Below, one piece after another: positions 1 to 13,224 of a stretch of 64,000 nucleotides of DNA. The DNA comes from Anthoceros angustus (Eukaryota > Plantae > Anthocerotophyta). Every line of letters begins with the position of its first letter. Positions within the stretch are counted from its first letter, which is position 1. A program made the position numbers and the translations under genes. The notes below the pieces were generated by a model. That model was not told the DNA's origin. It saw only the letters and a list, made by a program, of their open reading frames with translations, and ran no database searches. The stretch is from assembly GCA_010909165.1 (NCBI GenBank), contig MU008206.1:336229-400228 (forward strand). Direction: 5' to 3'.

Positions 1-3000
1 CTCTCTGAGAGATGCGGGTACGTAGTCTCCAGATATATGGAAGTTGGCGTCCAACTCGAGCTGTGACAACCCAGCGGCTAATGTTATTGCTTCCATCAAC
101 TTGACCTGGTAAGTAACTGATCCACTACCATAATGCAATGACTCAATGCTCACCTGAACATCTTCGTAATCCACCCGAGGCAACTGCTGATTATCAATCT
201 GCAGAGCACGCGACAAGATTCAGTGACTCATCTCACATGTCGAAAAGTGAAACTTTTCACATGAACCTTTTTCTAACATCTTCCTTACCTTAGCCAGACC
301 TTCAAACAGCATCTCGAGGTACAAGTCTACACCGATCTTTGCCACGTCACCACTTTGTTTTTCACCAAAAATGCTCCCAATGCCTCTGATGGCCATGTCT
401 CGTTCTGCAAGTTGAAAACCTTGTCCCAGCTCACAGCATTCCTCGACAGCAACCAGCCGTTCCTGCATTCCACCCAAGGGTATACCCATTGATCACATAG
501 TCTGGGGATATAGACTTCCAACAATCTGATTAACACAAACCAACCCATCTAACAGGTGCACTTTGATCAGTTACTTACAATGGCCTCATCAGAAAGCATC
601 TCCTTTGGAGGATGAAGTAAATAAGCATGTGCTTCTCGATCTGCCCTTCCAACTCTACCGCGAAGCTGAATACACATTTTATCAGTGCGGGTCTGTCAGT
701 TCTCAGCACAATGGTGCGAATGATAACCAGGATCAAGATCCCGATTTTTAGAAAACAGTACCTGATACAGTTGTGAAAGGCCAAAGAGATGCACATCTTC
801 AATAATAATAGTATTCACGTCTCTAATGTCAAGACCACTTTCAATTATTGTGGTACAGAGAAGAATTTTTGACTCTCCGTCGGCAAAGCTCTCCATTGAA
901 TCTTCCAGATTCGCTGCACTTTGCTGTTATCAAACAACGCAGGAACATTACGTTACTGAAGGTCCAGTGCACAAAACAACCTAACAGTCACCAACTGAGG
1001 TGAAACACAGACTACCTGGCCATGAGCGATAGCCACTGTTTCATCTGGAAATATCCTCTCAAGCTCCACTCTAGTCTCGTCAATGTCTGCACAGACAGAA
1101 AATGTGTTGAAAATACTTAACTTACAATCAGCAGATGTGCAAAAAAGATCCAGCGAATCAGGACAATAGATCCATCAGCTACTGAATCACCCATACATTG
1201 AGAGAAATGTAGAGTGGACAGAAAGCAAACCTTTCACACGCGGTACAACATAGAACACTTGTCCACCCCGTTCTAGCTCAAACGATATAGCCTTTTTTAC
1301 GAGTTCCAAGTTGTACTGCACCAAATGTGTAACAATTGGCCGTCTCTCTGGTGGTGGAGTTGTTATCAAACTGGAATGGATAGCAAGTAAGCAGCTGGGT
1401 CCTGACATTTGGGGATAAAATCACCATGCATACCTGCTCTTGTACGGTGGCAAGTAATCATCTCCTACTTCACAAACCTTGGACTCCCAGCAATGAACTA
1501 GAGGACAAACCTGGCATCCTTGAAGCCACTAAGGGCTAGGTAGAGTGTCCGAGGTATTGGTGTTGCTGAGAGTGTGAGCACATCAACAGTTGTCTTCAAA
1601 GCTGTGATCTTCTCCTTTTGTCTCACTCCGAACCTCTAAAAGCCACAATGCAGTCACACAGAGGCTGAATAATGATCCTGCTCAAGAAGTTTCAACCAGA
1701 AAAAACTAGCTCAATAAGCAGCAGTGCAGTGAGACCAAAAACAAAATCTGACTAGAATACTCTAACAAATGACTTATCTAGAACAAAGGGTGATGTTTCT
1801 GTTGCTTGAGTTCTAAGTGCAATATACCTGCTCTTCATCTACTACAAGGAGCCCGAGGTTATTGTACCGGACATGGTTGCCAAGTAAAGAATGTGTGCCA
1901 ACCACTACCCGCAAAGTACCATCCTGTATCCTTGCAAGAACTTCCTTCTTCTCTGCCTCTTTCTGAACCACAGACGAAAATCAAACCACCACCCGTCGAC
2001 CCATTTCCTCACAAAGACTATTTGCATTGCATAGGCGAAGGGATTACCTGAAATCTAGTGAGAAGAGCTACTGTAACTTGTGGGTATGTGGCGAAGCGTT
2101 CCTTGATGACCGCAAAGTGCTGCTTGGCCAAGACGGTTGTAGGTGCCATAATCATTGTCTGACGGCCTGAGGCTACTGCCTGGAAGATAGCACGCAGAGC
2201 TACCTCTGTCTTACCAAATCCGACATCACCACATATGAGCCTGTCCATTGGGGTTTCCTGTTCAGTTAAATCTTTTTCAACATCTTTGAAGGCCTGCACA
2301 GAATTCACCACCCAGAATGTCTTCCAATGGTGAGAGTCATAAAATCTCTGACATTCCTCAAACTTACATCACAACCTGGAGCAGGCTCTGGTAAACAAAC
2401 TTTGGAAACACGTGATTTCTCTGTGGAGTGAAATAAAGCACCTGCAATTGGTCAGGTGTTGCTTGGTAGGGAAACTTTTCTGCAAATTGAGCCATGGCTG
2501 ACGCAATTTTGGGATAGGGTGGTCTTTTCTGCTTTAACCGGTAGACATATAGCTCCATCATATTAACCACCATCTTCTGGATGGCCATCTTCCCTTTCAT
2601 TTTCCGTTTCTCCCAAAGACTTGTATCACTGAGTTTGCTCAAAGGTGGTGACCTCCCTATTTCACGAGGCCTGCAGTTGCAAGAAAGTTGGGTTCCTTCA
2701 GATGGTGGATCTAAAGCTGAGAGGAAAACTTCACAACCATTTCCAGGAGAGACGCTTACGAGTTGTATCGGTACAATAGCCGGTGTGCTTGCTTGGCCCT
2801 AACCTTGGCTTTGCCGTCTGCATACTGCAGATAGACATACTTGGCCATCTTGTTTTTCCCTTCCACCATCTCGTACTTCATTCCAATGAAACGACCAACT
2901 CCCACTTTCTTGTGGACTATGTACTCATCTACCACCAGAGTCTCAGGGTCGACACCATGAAAGAAGTCTCCATCATCACTCTTCCCATGTCCTTGACTTC

Positions 3001-3772
3001 TCAGTTTCTCACGAATGGCCTCCAATCCTCTTTTCCTCTGTTCCCGCAGCTTCCCCCTTAGGGCCTCAGCCTCCTCTCCACTGAGCGCATTGCCAGAAAT
3101 CCCCAGAAAGCCTTCAGACTGACCTTCAAGCTGCTGGTGCAGTCGGCCAATTGCATCAAGTTGTATGCTAGTGGTGGAGGTACTCTCCCTGACTGTCCCT
3201 CGGGTGGATGACACCTGCGGGTTGCTGTCCTCTTTCGGTGAAGGAGGATTGGGCCTGGGACCCTCCTTCCCCATTCTGCTGACGCCATCAGAGGCCTTGC
3301 TGGAAGAGCTTCCGGCAGAAGGAGAAAGCCCAGCTCTACTCGTTTGGTGTACCTTCTTCACCTGCCTGTCAGCTAAACCCCTGGACGAGGGGTTCTCCTT
3401 GAACGCCCCGTCAGCATTTCTAATCACGTTGCCATAAGATTCTACTCCTCTAGGGGCAGCAGCCTTGCTGCGCAGATAGGAATCCGTTCCTTGCATTCTG
3501 TAGCCATCGAATGGAGCATCCTTCCCTCTGCGGGGAGCAGAGCGTCGAGGCCTGGAGTCCCATTTCACATCAAACGGCTGCTGATCCCCATCTTCCAAAG
3601 GCTCCACAGACAACTGGGACAACGCTCGTGCCACCTTTTTGGGAAGCCTACCACGAGTCGGCGTGAGGCAGCTCTGCAAAGCTGAATGCCCGACACCGTC
3701 AGGAAGCAGCTGCAGAGCGACATCTCTGACAGGAGAGATGGAAAGATGACACGACATTGAAGTGCTGCCCAT
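1..3772 (-). CDS. MFD: Mfd/transcription-repair coupling factor-like ATP-dependent DNA helicase (plant plastid type, similar to Arabidopsis At3g02060); 12+ exons, 3' end beyond the window
   Basis: Motifs: CarD/TRCF-like segment ([14 protein letters not shown]; [16 protein letters not shown]), [104 protein letters not shown]. Exons read from GT-AG sites: 3772-2760, 2670-2442, 2293-2048, 1962-1828, 1635-1511, 1370-1231, 1086-1016, 923-762, 665-579, 462-289, 198-154, 105-<1. The Ser/Arg-rich N-terminus resembles a transit peptide. Confidence 0.93.
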
Positions 3773-4674
3773 TTTCCCAGGAAAATCTGCGCAAACACAA
3801 TCCAAATCAATCACCCACCACCACAACCAGAAGAGACAATTCAGCTCCAACGCACCGCCGAAAGCACAAGCCGTCGAATTGGCCAATACAGAATCATACC
3901 TTGGGCAAGCCCAGGGACATTCCAATTCCGCTTCTGCGACGAGGCAGCTGCCAAGAAGTCAGTGCGAAGCGCAACCTTGCCACCCCCACAGCCAACCCTC
4001 GCGTGTGGACATTCCAGCTCGCAGTGCAGCATCCTGTCCTTGATATCCACGGCCAAAGGGGCAACCGTGCCGTACCCGAAGCTGAGCCTGGCGGACCCGC
4101 CGAGCCCTGGGCCTGGCATTGTAGCCGCTGGGCCAAATCAGGCAGCAAGACAAGGACCAGGCGTCCGGACTGCATGGATTGAGCAGCGAGCGCGCTGGGA
4201 GCGAGCCATTCGCGTCACCGAACGGCGGCCGCCACAAGAAATCAAAACGGGGAGCCCGGTGGCAGGGCAAGGAAATTCATGCGCATTACGATCCTGCAAA
4301 AATGGTGCCAACCGTTCATCCCTCATCCCATGCCTCCCCGTCCGAGTCTCGGGACCGCTGAGCTCCAATAATCAGACCGCGAGCTCAGACAGACAAGAAG
4401 CAGGAATGTGGACCTGGACGATTGTCTCACTCCCACGCCGTCGATGGCGCAGGAGAAGAAGAAACCCTGGGCCAGGGTTCTAGTATCTGTGGGGCCCAGG
4501 CAGGGCAGATGTTTCCCTTGCTCTGATCCTCTCACATGCCTACATGCGTGCCCTGAAGAAGGATGTCAACACCGGCCATGGAGTCTGTGGAAACTGGCTT
4601 CACCTCCGGATGGGAACGTTGCACGATGGCCAGCCAGGTTATGCAAGTGACGATTAACAAGACAGAGAGCAGTG

Positions 4675-7600
4675 TCATTTGCCTTTGAGTCCTTTAGGCG
4701 CCTTGCTGCCGCCTCCAGGAGGCGGCTTGGCCATGGAAGCCCTGGGAGCTGCCACGGGAGGAGGGGCCATGGGAGGAGGCTCTCGCATCGGGGGATCGTC
4801 CCGCAGGCCGCGGACGAGCTCGATCTCAGTGTTCCTTTGGTTCGCCGTACTGCGGGCAACGAAGAAGGAGGGGCGGACGGGGTGCGCGAGCTGCTGCGGC
4901 CTCCACACTGCGGCTTCGTACCTGGACAGGCTCTCCCTGCACGCAAAGGAAACAGGACACCGGGGTGAGCAGGCTGCCGGGGCTGGCATGCCACTTCCGA
5001 AGTTCTTTCCATTTCTCGCTCACCTTCCAAGGCGGGGCAGCCTGAGGAGCCTCTCGGCGACGGAGGTGCGCTTCAACGTCGGCAGCACGGGCATGTCCGC
5101 GGGAGGAGCCAGAGGCGCCACTCCCATGGAAGGTCTTCTGTCGCGGTCGTCGCGCTGCACTCAGCACACACGGCCGGCACCAAGAAGGTCTCAGTAAGTG
5201 AACGCGTCACGATGACTGCGCAGTAAGGGAGGGGACGTACCTGGGTTAACTGCGTGTTCACGATCTCATTCCACACCACGCTCTGGGACTTGGGCAGCGG
5301 CCTCGGGGCTTCCTGTGGAGCGATCTGGTGCGGGACCAGCAGCCCGGTTGGAGCAGGCGGCTTGCCGCCTTGGAGGGGGACGGGCTGCTGCCTGCTGGGG
5401 GCAGCGGATGGCGCGGGCATGGCGGCAGGCTGGGACGGTCTCGGGGCCACCTCCACCTGCACGTGGCCTTCAGGGAGAGCTGGTATGGAGGCGCCCTCCA
5501 TCTGCTTGTGCGCTGTGAAGGACTCTTCCACGGGGATGGCGGTTGGCGGGAAGTAGTTGGGAGGTTCGTATCCAGAAGGCATGTCCGTGCTTGTGAAGGT
5601 GGGCAGCTTCGCCTTGTCTTCGTTGAAGAGCGTGGCTTCGAACTCGCCGGAGCTGCATCATCAGCACACCCTTGGTGAGCCTTGCCATTCTTCCTCATCC
5701 CCTGCCTGCTGAGACTGCATTGGTGAAGCATACCTGTACTTGTACTCTGCATCTCTCGTCATGGAGGACTCGTACTCCTTGTCAGGATTGTATGGAATTC
5801 CGGTGAAGGTGTCATACGGGGTCTCAGCATTCGGCCTGTAGAAATCCAGCTCTGTGAATCATGACGCAGATTCCATGATTGTATCCTTTTCACGTGGCTG
5901 AGGAGTTGCTCACCTTCTCACTATACCCCTGCCCCGCGGCTTCACCACTTCCAGCACATGTTGGCCTTGTCCAATGCAAGTGAGCTCTACAGGATGCCCT
6001 ATTTCTTCACCCAGCCTTCTTGGCATGGGCAGCTCAAATCTGACCGTAGGCAGCATCACCCAGCCAGTCAGTCCCTACGCACACAAATTCCATGCCCAAA
6101 ACTTTATCTCACCAGTGACTAAAGGAATCATACCCGTCGACGTGTCTACAATTCTTCGCAAATTCCCGATAGCTGAAACATGAATAGCCAATTCACGGGA
6201 TCAGACATAGCTGTACAGCTTTCTGTAGCATCCAATTTTTCACACCACAACGACTCAAGGGCTAGCAGTACGATCAGGCAAGGCGTTGGTTAGTGCTGCC
6301 TACTGGACTTTTCCAGTGTGCTCCTTGTCAGCAAAGTTCAGCAACTTATTGAAGTCCACGTCATTAAAGTCTAGGCCGAACTCACTTAAGCCTTTTCGGA
6401 AACGATCGTAGCTCACCTACCACCATAAATAGATGCTTTAGGACCAGAGCCTGTTGTTAGTGACATCTGACGACATCCCAGGCCCATCCAGGCACGGGCC
6501 TCACCAAATCTGTGTAGTGGGGATCGAATCGGCTGTAGTATACAGGAAGGTGTTCAGACTTCCAGTAAACCTGACAGTCAGTCAAACACCAACACCAAAG
6601 TGCACAAACGTCAGTACTGGAAGGAAGAGAAACTGGACTACATATGCAGACTGATGCCATCAAAGTAAGCCAAGATTTCACGTACTTTCTGAAGAACCCT
6701 ATCAAGGACAGGAGGAGGCCTAGCGTGTGGTTGCATCACTTTTCTCTTCAATCTGTCGAATCCTGCAGCGAAACAACATGGGCAGCCTGTCAAATCCCCG
6801 AGATCGAGGTCCATGAACTGATTCGTACGTCAGTAAACCCTTACTCTCTTTCGCAAACTCGGGTCGCAAAGGATGGTAAACTGGATCCACTGGATTAGCC
6901 TCTGTCCTGCGCCTGAACCCATGCATTTTTCGACCTATGTCCACATCTGAGATGTCAAGCGGGCCTTCTTGCTGCGGTTCCCATGCAGGTGTCTTTCTCC
7001 TGCGCAGTACAGGTGATGCCCTCCAGTCAGCACAAAACACGTTTCTGTTCAAAGTCTCCAGGGAACGACGCGGAAGAGAGGTTGAGCCTACTGATGGATA
7101 TGTCCAGTGGAATGTAGAACTGTATAATTGGGATCCGATTCTATTTGCTTCATAGGATGCCTAACGGGTTTTGCATAAAGTGGTTCAGCTCTTGCACCAG
7201 GAATATCCGCTGTGCTCAATCCATCTGTGAACCTCTTCGAGAACACCTGAAATTCCAGTACCCAACATATTTACTGGGCTGGCAGTACAAAGCATCAGAA
7301 GCACATTTTTCACCATGAGGCGTTGCCCAGTGACGCCCACATGATGCCTTGTCGTGTGCTTCGCCATGAGGTCTTGGGCACAAGGCATCATTTGGGCGCC
7401 ACCGGCTGGAAACACCCTATGGCAAAACCCTCCCTTCTGCACTTATGAAATTTCGCACAACCATCCCTGGAGACTCGAATTCAGCGCCTCACCCAATCAG
7501 GAGCAGACGGCATGGTACTTGGCCCGGATGCAAGCTTATAGTCAGGCGTTAAGGGATTGGTGTGCCTGGAAGTTAACATTTGCCGTGAGGGTTTCTTCTT

Positions 7601-7954
7601 CTTCTCCTCCACAGACAATCCCATCCACGGCTCCGGATACCATTTACTGTCTGGCTGCAGCCACACGCACAAACATATCACCAAATCGAAGAAGCACAGA
7701 AAACACTGCGCAATCAGACCACACGTGGCAACCAAAAATGCGCAATGCTTTGAAAGTGAGCTGAGAGATAAAGAGAAGAAACGCATCCTCACCGCCGGTT
7801 CTTCATAGCCAGGAACGTAGGGAGGAGGCTGCGCTCCCTCGATGTCCCCGGTGATGAGATTCCTAGATATGCTTCCGGGCCCCATTTTGACGCACTCGGG
7901 GTAGGTCCCGAAGGGGGCTCGCTCCAGGACGAGGCCATAGTTCTCCCCTGGCAT
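4675..7954 (-). CDS. Multi-exon EF-hand protein with DIxGA / NPLxPxY repeats and a Pro-rich C-terminus (possible flagellar/axonemal protein)
   Basis: Exons flanked by GT-AG sites encode RNLITGDIEGAQP, RHTNPLTPDYKL, LSTADIPGARAEPLY and RTEANPVDPVYHP. An exon at ~6298-6415 encodes the EF-hand-like VSYDRFRKGLSEFGLDFNDVDFNKLLNFADKEHTGKV. The last exon ends NTEIELVRGL...KGLKGK-stop at 4675. The exact splice model is approximate. Confidence 0.65.
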
Positions 7955-8806
7955 CGCTGCTTTCCGCAGGAAGAAGAGGCCTCCACGCGCAGAAAGTTGG
8001 AAATTTGTGCAATCGCAAGCCGATCAATCAGCGATGGTCGGGAAGTCCGGTGTGAAGAATCTTTGCCGGGGCACCCTGCCGGGCCCGAGTCCGCAGCGAC
8101 GCCTGCGTGGGGACGCTCATCTTGCACAGCACCAAGACTGTCACATCAAAAGCCATGCCCCCAAGGTTCCGCAGACATGAGCAACCACGGCGACCGCAAC
8201 CGCTGCCAGGCTGAGCGAGATTCCACGGTGGGCGTTGACACAAGGTTGCACGCACGCAGGACTGTGGAAATGCAGGGATGCAGGAACGCAGGAATTGAAA
8301 GGACGGGGCCGGCTGAACACCGTCTGTTCTCCCGCAACAATCTGTGCCTTCTGCACCCACCACCTGCTTTAAACCACACTTCTAACAAATGTTACTTTTC
8401 TTATAAGTACATCTGCACTTGGTATAGGTAGTACATATCTACTTCTGAGGCATGTTGAAGATAAGATTATCTTGAGTTAGAGATCCCTAGGTGGATTTCA
8501 TGGATTCTTTGGGGTTAGTGAGTGACAAGATACCAAGATATAATCAACAAACAGTTATTACTTATAAAATATTATATATAATATTAATTTTTAAATAAAT
8601 TAAATAAGTATGATATAATTCATTGATTGATTTATTTTATTTTTCTCAAAACTTCGATCAATAATATGACCTTCATACTCTACATGTTGTGAGAGATAAT
8701 CCTCCTAGTCCTAAGTAGTGATAAAATAACAATCTCCTTCTACTCCTATTTGCTCCCCCTGTAATGTTCATAGGTTATTTTCCTCCTATTTCTATTTGCT
8801 CCTCCT

Positions 8807-9390
8807 CTAATGTTCATAGATAAACCTAGCATGGGAGAAAAAGTGATTAAATTGACCGCGACCCCAATCAAGCAAATTATCATAATTTTTCTCCTTAAAA
8901 GGCAAATACAAATCTGGGTCCTTGAACCTCTTTTGGAGAATTTGGTTTATAGCGGAGCATTCCACTTTATGCATGCACAAGGTGAGAAGGGTTAATGAGG
9001 CTCTCAGTTCAACTAAAGTTAAAAATTGGACAATCTCATCTTTGCATCCTGCTTCAACATTATTTCCTGGACAAAACAAAACAGGGAAGACATAAGCCAA
9101 GGCGAAGGAGCACCGGATCTAGTCTTTTTGCTGCTCAGACATGTGCAAAGTCATCACCTAGTAAAATCTCGTCCACCCGCTCTTTCACTTCAATGCATGC
9201 GGTTAGCATGTTTTCATAGTCATCGATGTTTAACACATCTCACACCCAATCTTTGACGTTGTCATCAGTTTCAACCTTGATAGCCTTCTTAATCCTCTCT
9301 TGTACTCGAAAAGGATCATAGAGGCCTCCGCTGTCAAAATTAGCTAATAAGGTTGGTTCAACCGCAGGTTGGTGCAACCTCGTGCTCATG
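8807..9390 (-). pseudogene. Degraded gene of unknown family
   Basis: The frame from ATG ~9389 reads MSTRLHQPAVEPTLLANFDSGGLYDPFRVQERIKKAIKVETDDNVKDWV*DVLNIDDYENMLTACIEVKERVDEILLGDDFAHV*AAKRLD, with protein-like composition and two in-frame TGA stops. It continues into ORF 8807-9100. Confidence 0.4.
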
Positions 9391-10765
9391 CACTCGAAAA
9401 GGATCATTCTTGTCATGAGTCGTTGTGGAACTAGTTTACTATCATTCAGCCATTGCTTCCTTATTTCTTAATTAGATATTTGTGTAATTGGCGTCTTGGC
9501 ATCGTACCTGTACGCATGTGTATGGTATGGAAATAGGTCATAGCCACAAGCTTCATGTGCGCGCGGCAAGCACCAGGCGAGGAAAATAGCTGTGCAACGG
9601 AAGACGAGGACGACGCGACGCTGAGCCTGCCTTGAAGAGGCTGAGCTTTATCTTGTACAACCAGCCGTTGCTAATTTGGGTCTGAAGGCAATAAACGCGG
9701 TGTGTTGTCTGTGCAGTATGTATATGTGATGGATTGCTAACCCTTTTTAAGCCGGCTCATGACGGCAGCTGAGCGTGGTGTGAATATTGCAGTGCTGGCA
9801 GTCAGATCGAAGTTGTTCTACCAGCAACAGCTGATGGCATCTAGTGCTCAGTCTAGAGCGTACCATAATCAGAGGTGACCATGGCTGCATATTTCAAAGT
9901 GAAGGGCAGCTAGTTGTGTGGTAGCGCTGCATGAGTGTGGATGCTGCAGCTGTGATGTGAGGGCGGTGATCAGATTGGATTCACGATAGAGAATATGCGC
10001 AAGGTTGCTGAACTCAGCAGGTCTCCGAGCTGAGTGAGTGTGAACTTTCTGATTTATGGTTGAAACAAGGTAATATTTGAAGTGGCTCAATATACATGAA
10101 GCAGCTTTTAGGGTACACATATGCGAAACCGGCTTTTTTATGAGCTCCAAAATGGCGTCTAAACCTTTATAGTCATGCAAAGTGGTCAAAAATTAGGGTC
10201 TTGATCTCGGATCTAAGAGTATACCTTTGTGTTTTATGATTCAGCTATGGTCATTGACTTATGGATTCCAGTGTTTTTCCCATAAACAATACCCATACCG
10301 CACTCCATGCGTGCGGGTGAAGGAAGGTCAAATACGCTATATTTCATAATATAAGTATAGATGCATCGAACCAACCATCTCCAACCTTGTCAACCCAGCT
10401 ACCTCCGAGTGTTTGTCCTGGCTATGTTACTTGAGATTTTTTCTAATTATTAGCCTTAACTGGTTTTACGTGCAGGCCTGCGGTTGGGGCGCCGGCATGT
10501 TCCAAACCATGAGCAAATACAAACACCCGCGTCAATGTCGTGACCAAAGCATGTTTGCTATCCAACATACTAGTTTACTGGAAACCCTTACTGGTAACTA
10601 TATACCGTGATCATTGACATGAACATCCATCCACACGGGGTTAAGCAAAAATTGAATATTGTATATTTCATATGTCCGTTGATACATGCCGGCACCCCTA
10701 GCCTATGGGGACACGAACATATATGATCCTGGTCAAGAGACCCCCACGACAATGACACCGCATGA

Positions 10766-11750
10766 TCACTCCTCGCCAGACTCTAAACCTTCTCTATTGA
10801 CTTGCATCGCATCGTCACCATCATCATCGCTATCATCTTGTACATCAAGAGCGCAGGGTTGCAGATGGGGACGAAGGGCACTCAACTTCTCCCTGATTGC
10901 GTTCTTATCTGCTGCATATAGATGTTTCCTCGAGTTCAACTTGAACCCATAATAGACGATAACGATTTTGCGAACGAAGACCGTCTGGATGTTAGGAGGT
11001 CTTGAGACTTTACCATCTTTACTTTTTGATGGTGGTGCTTTGTCGTCATCTGTTCCGAAGACGTATTCTCCCATATACTTCCCCTCGTAAGTATCTGTGT
11101 GCTCTGTTCTCCACCAATGTAGATGCAAATAAGGGTCAGCGGAATTTAGGTGGACACTTATAAACTTTGCAATCCAAAATGGCTGGTTGTGAGTGCTCCT
11201 CTCGCAAGGAGTTATGAGAAACATGCCCTTTTGAATCTCCATGTATCCCCATTCATCCTTTCTACCTCCTCTTGACGTCGTTCTGTACTCTGGTGACCTC
11301 CCGAATACATGTCTCTCCGTGGTACTTCTCGGAGTAATGCTCCGTTCAGAATTGCTTCTTCGGGTACCTGTGACTCAAAATGAGAATAGAGAGACTATAA
11401 CTTAGATTATGTATATTGCGTATCGTAAGTGTACAAGGTTGATGCTCCTGAGAGCATAGGGAAGAAGTCTCACGAAGAGACACGACTGTTCATATGAGGC
11501 ATGACTTTCTGAATTCCCAATCTCACGGTGTGCTTATCTACATGAGTTCACACATGCTCACACACCCCCTTAAAGCGCAAACGGGGAGATTGGGAAATCA
11601 CGAATGATCTGAAAGTCCCAATGCAGAGGTGAAGTGCGAATGCTTGATCTTGGCCAGTGGCTTGGTCAATATGTCTGCCACTTGCTGCTCCGTAGGCACA
11701 TAGCACTACAACAATGCAGCTGGCAATAAGACGCAATAGCATTGACATCC
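10766..11750 (-). mobile_element. C-terminal fragment of a Sola/DUF7869-like DNA transposase
   Basis: ORF 10766-11242 has GMFLITP...PFWIAK...LHLHWW...YEGKY...YGFKLNSRKHL and an acidic tail, a pattern I associate with C-termini of these transposases in non-seed plants. There is an intron acceptor at ~11370 and a degenerate upstream exon. Confidence 0.45.
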
Positions 11751-11809
11751 CGGCCCACGTCTTTCTCGTATAGTTTCAGTATGACCCCTACTAGAAATGG
11801 GCACCCTAT

Positions 11810-12056
11810 GTTACACTTTATGTTAAGATTTTGACCCCTGGATGTAACACTCATGTTGCAATTTTGGGGTCATGTAATACTTTTTGAGCCCCTTGTTACA
11901 CTTTGGCTTGGAAACCATACCACGGCTGTTGTTGCAATCATGTTGCAATGGTGTTGCAATTATGTTAAGATGAACTGAGAGGTGGTTTTGCCCTCTCTCA
12001 AAATTGCAACATGATTGCAACATCTAAAGTGTTACAAGAGAGGTCTTGTAACACTT
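11810..12056. repeat. Array of short TGTTGCAA / TGTTACA motifs in both orientations
   Basis: Repeated tgttgcaa, ttgcaaca, tgttaca and tgtaaca words cluster in ~250 bp. Confidence 0.6.
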
Positions 12057-13224
12057 TTGGAAGCTTGGTACCGAACCTCCTCCCCATCCACCATTCCTTT
12101 TACTTTTGCCCTTTGAAATACCACGTTTTACTTGGTAGTTACCACCAATACGCCTTCAATACGACCATATATAAAATACCGTATCAATACATCCTTATAC
12201 TATGCATGTAGTCTACTGATAAATGTACTATATTATTCTAAGTGCTATCTGGCGTATTCAATTTCATATAAAATAAGTTTGTATATTATCGTGTACATAC
12301 GTACATATATTCATGATACGATACTTTGTATTTACTATACGTGTAAATAGCGGCGCCCTTTATACCCCTACTTTATAGCATGCATGCGGTTTGTCCTTCC
12401 ACGTCACCAATAGCCAGGCTTCCGCCATGGCGCCCAAGAAGATGTTGTCCCCACCTATCACCTTATTGTGACGCATCACCGTGAGGTTATGCCCCTACAA
12501 GATTGTGCGGAGGAGATTTGGTATGCCGGCTTATGCTTTTACGCCTCCATGTAAGGCACTTCCTACTCGTCATCGTATGCACCTCGAAACTTCCGCCCTC
12601 CGTTCGATTCGCAATTTTCTTCTTCCCCTCACTTGCGTTGGGCAAGCTTTGCCACTTCCACCGCTTCCCTCCCTGCCTTCTGCAGGCACACGTTGCACAT
12701 ACAAACCAGCATGGCCATCATGAGTTATCCAGCGTTAATGGGTTTCCACCAAGCGACCATTTGCCTTACCTTCCCTCCGGTCCCTCCTCTTTTCTTACGC
12801 CCTTCTTGCTGGACATTTTCCTCTTAGTCCTCCTTCTTACATGCGGCGTGCCCTTGTCACTCGCCCACCGGCTGCCTCTACTCCTCCTCCCATTTTCCTC
12901 TTTCGCCTCCACCCTTTATCGCGGTGGCGTTGCCTCAACTGGGCTCCACTATGTGTCCATGCTCTCAAGATCCGAGGCTGCAAGATATGTGTCCGCACGA
13001 AATTAGGCACATCGCCCTCTTCAAGACCGCCTCCTGCCATGTTATCTCGCAGCTGCCCCCCACGCCCCGCCCCTCGGCCTCCATCTGCATTGGCCTTTGC
13101 CGATATCAAAGGCACCGCATGATGCCCTCTTAGTCCTCCTTCATTCTCTCTCCCCTCGACATCCGCCTCATGCTAGTTACGCGCCTTTTGCCCCCGCCCA
13201 CCATGGCCGCTGGGTGATCCACCG

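Noticed and set aside
1-3772. Bacterial mfd, or contamination
   Set aside because: Eleven short spliceosomal introns and a transit-peptide-like N-terminus indicate a plant nuclear gene.
3757-4650. Long ORFs between the two host genes
   Set aside because: GC-rich promoter/UTR region with shadow ORFs on both strands and no domain signal.
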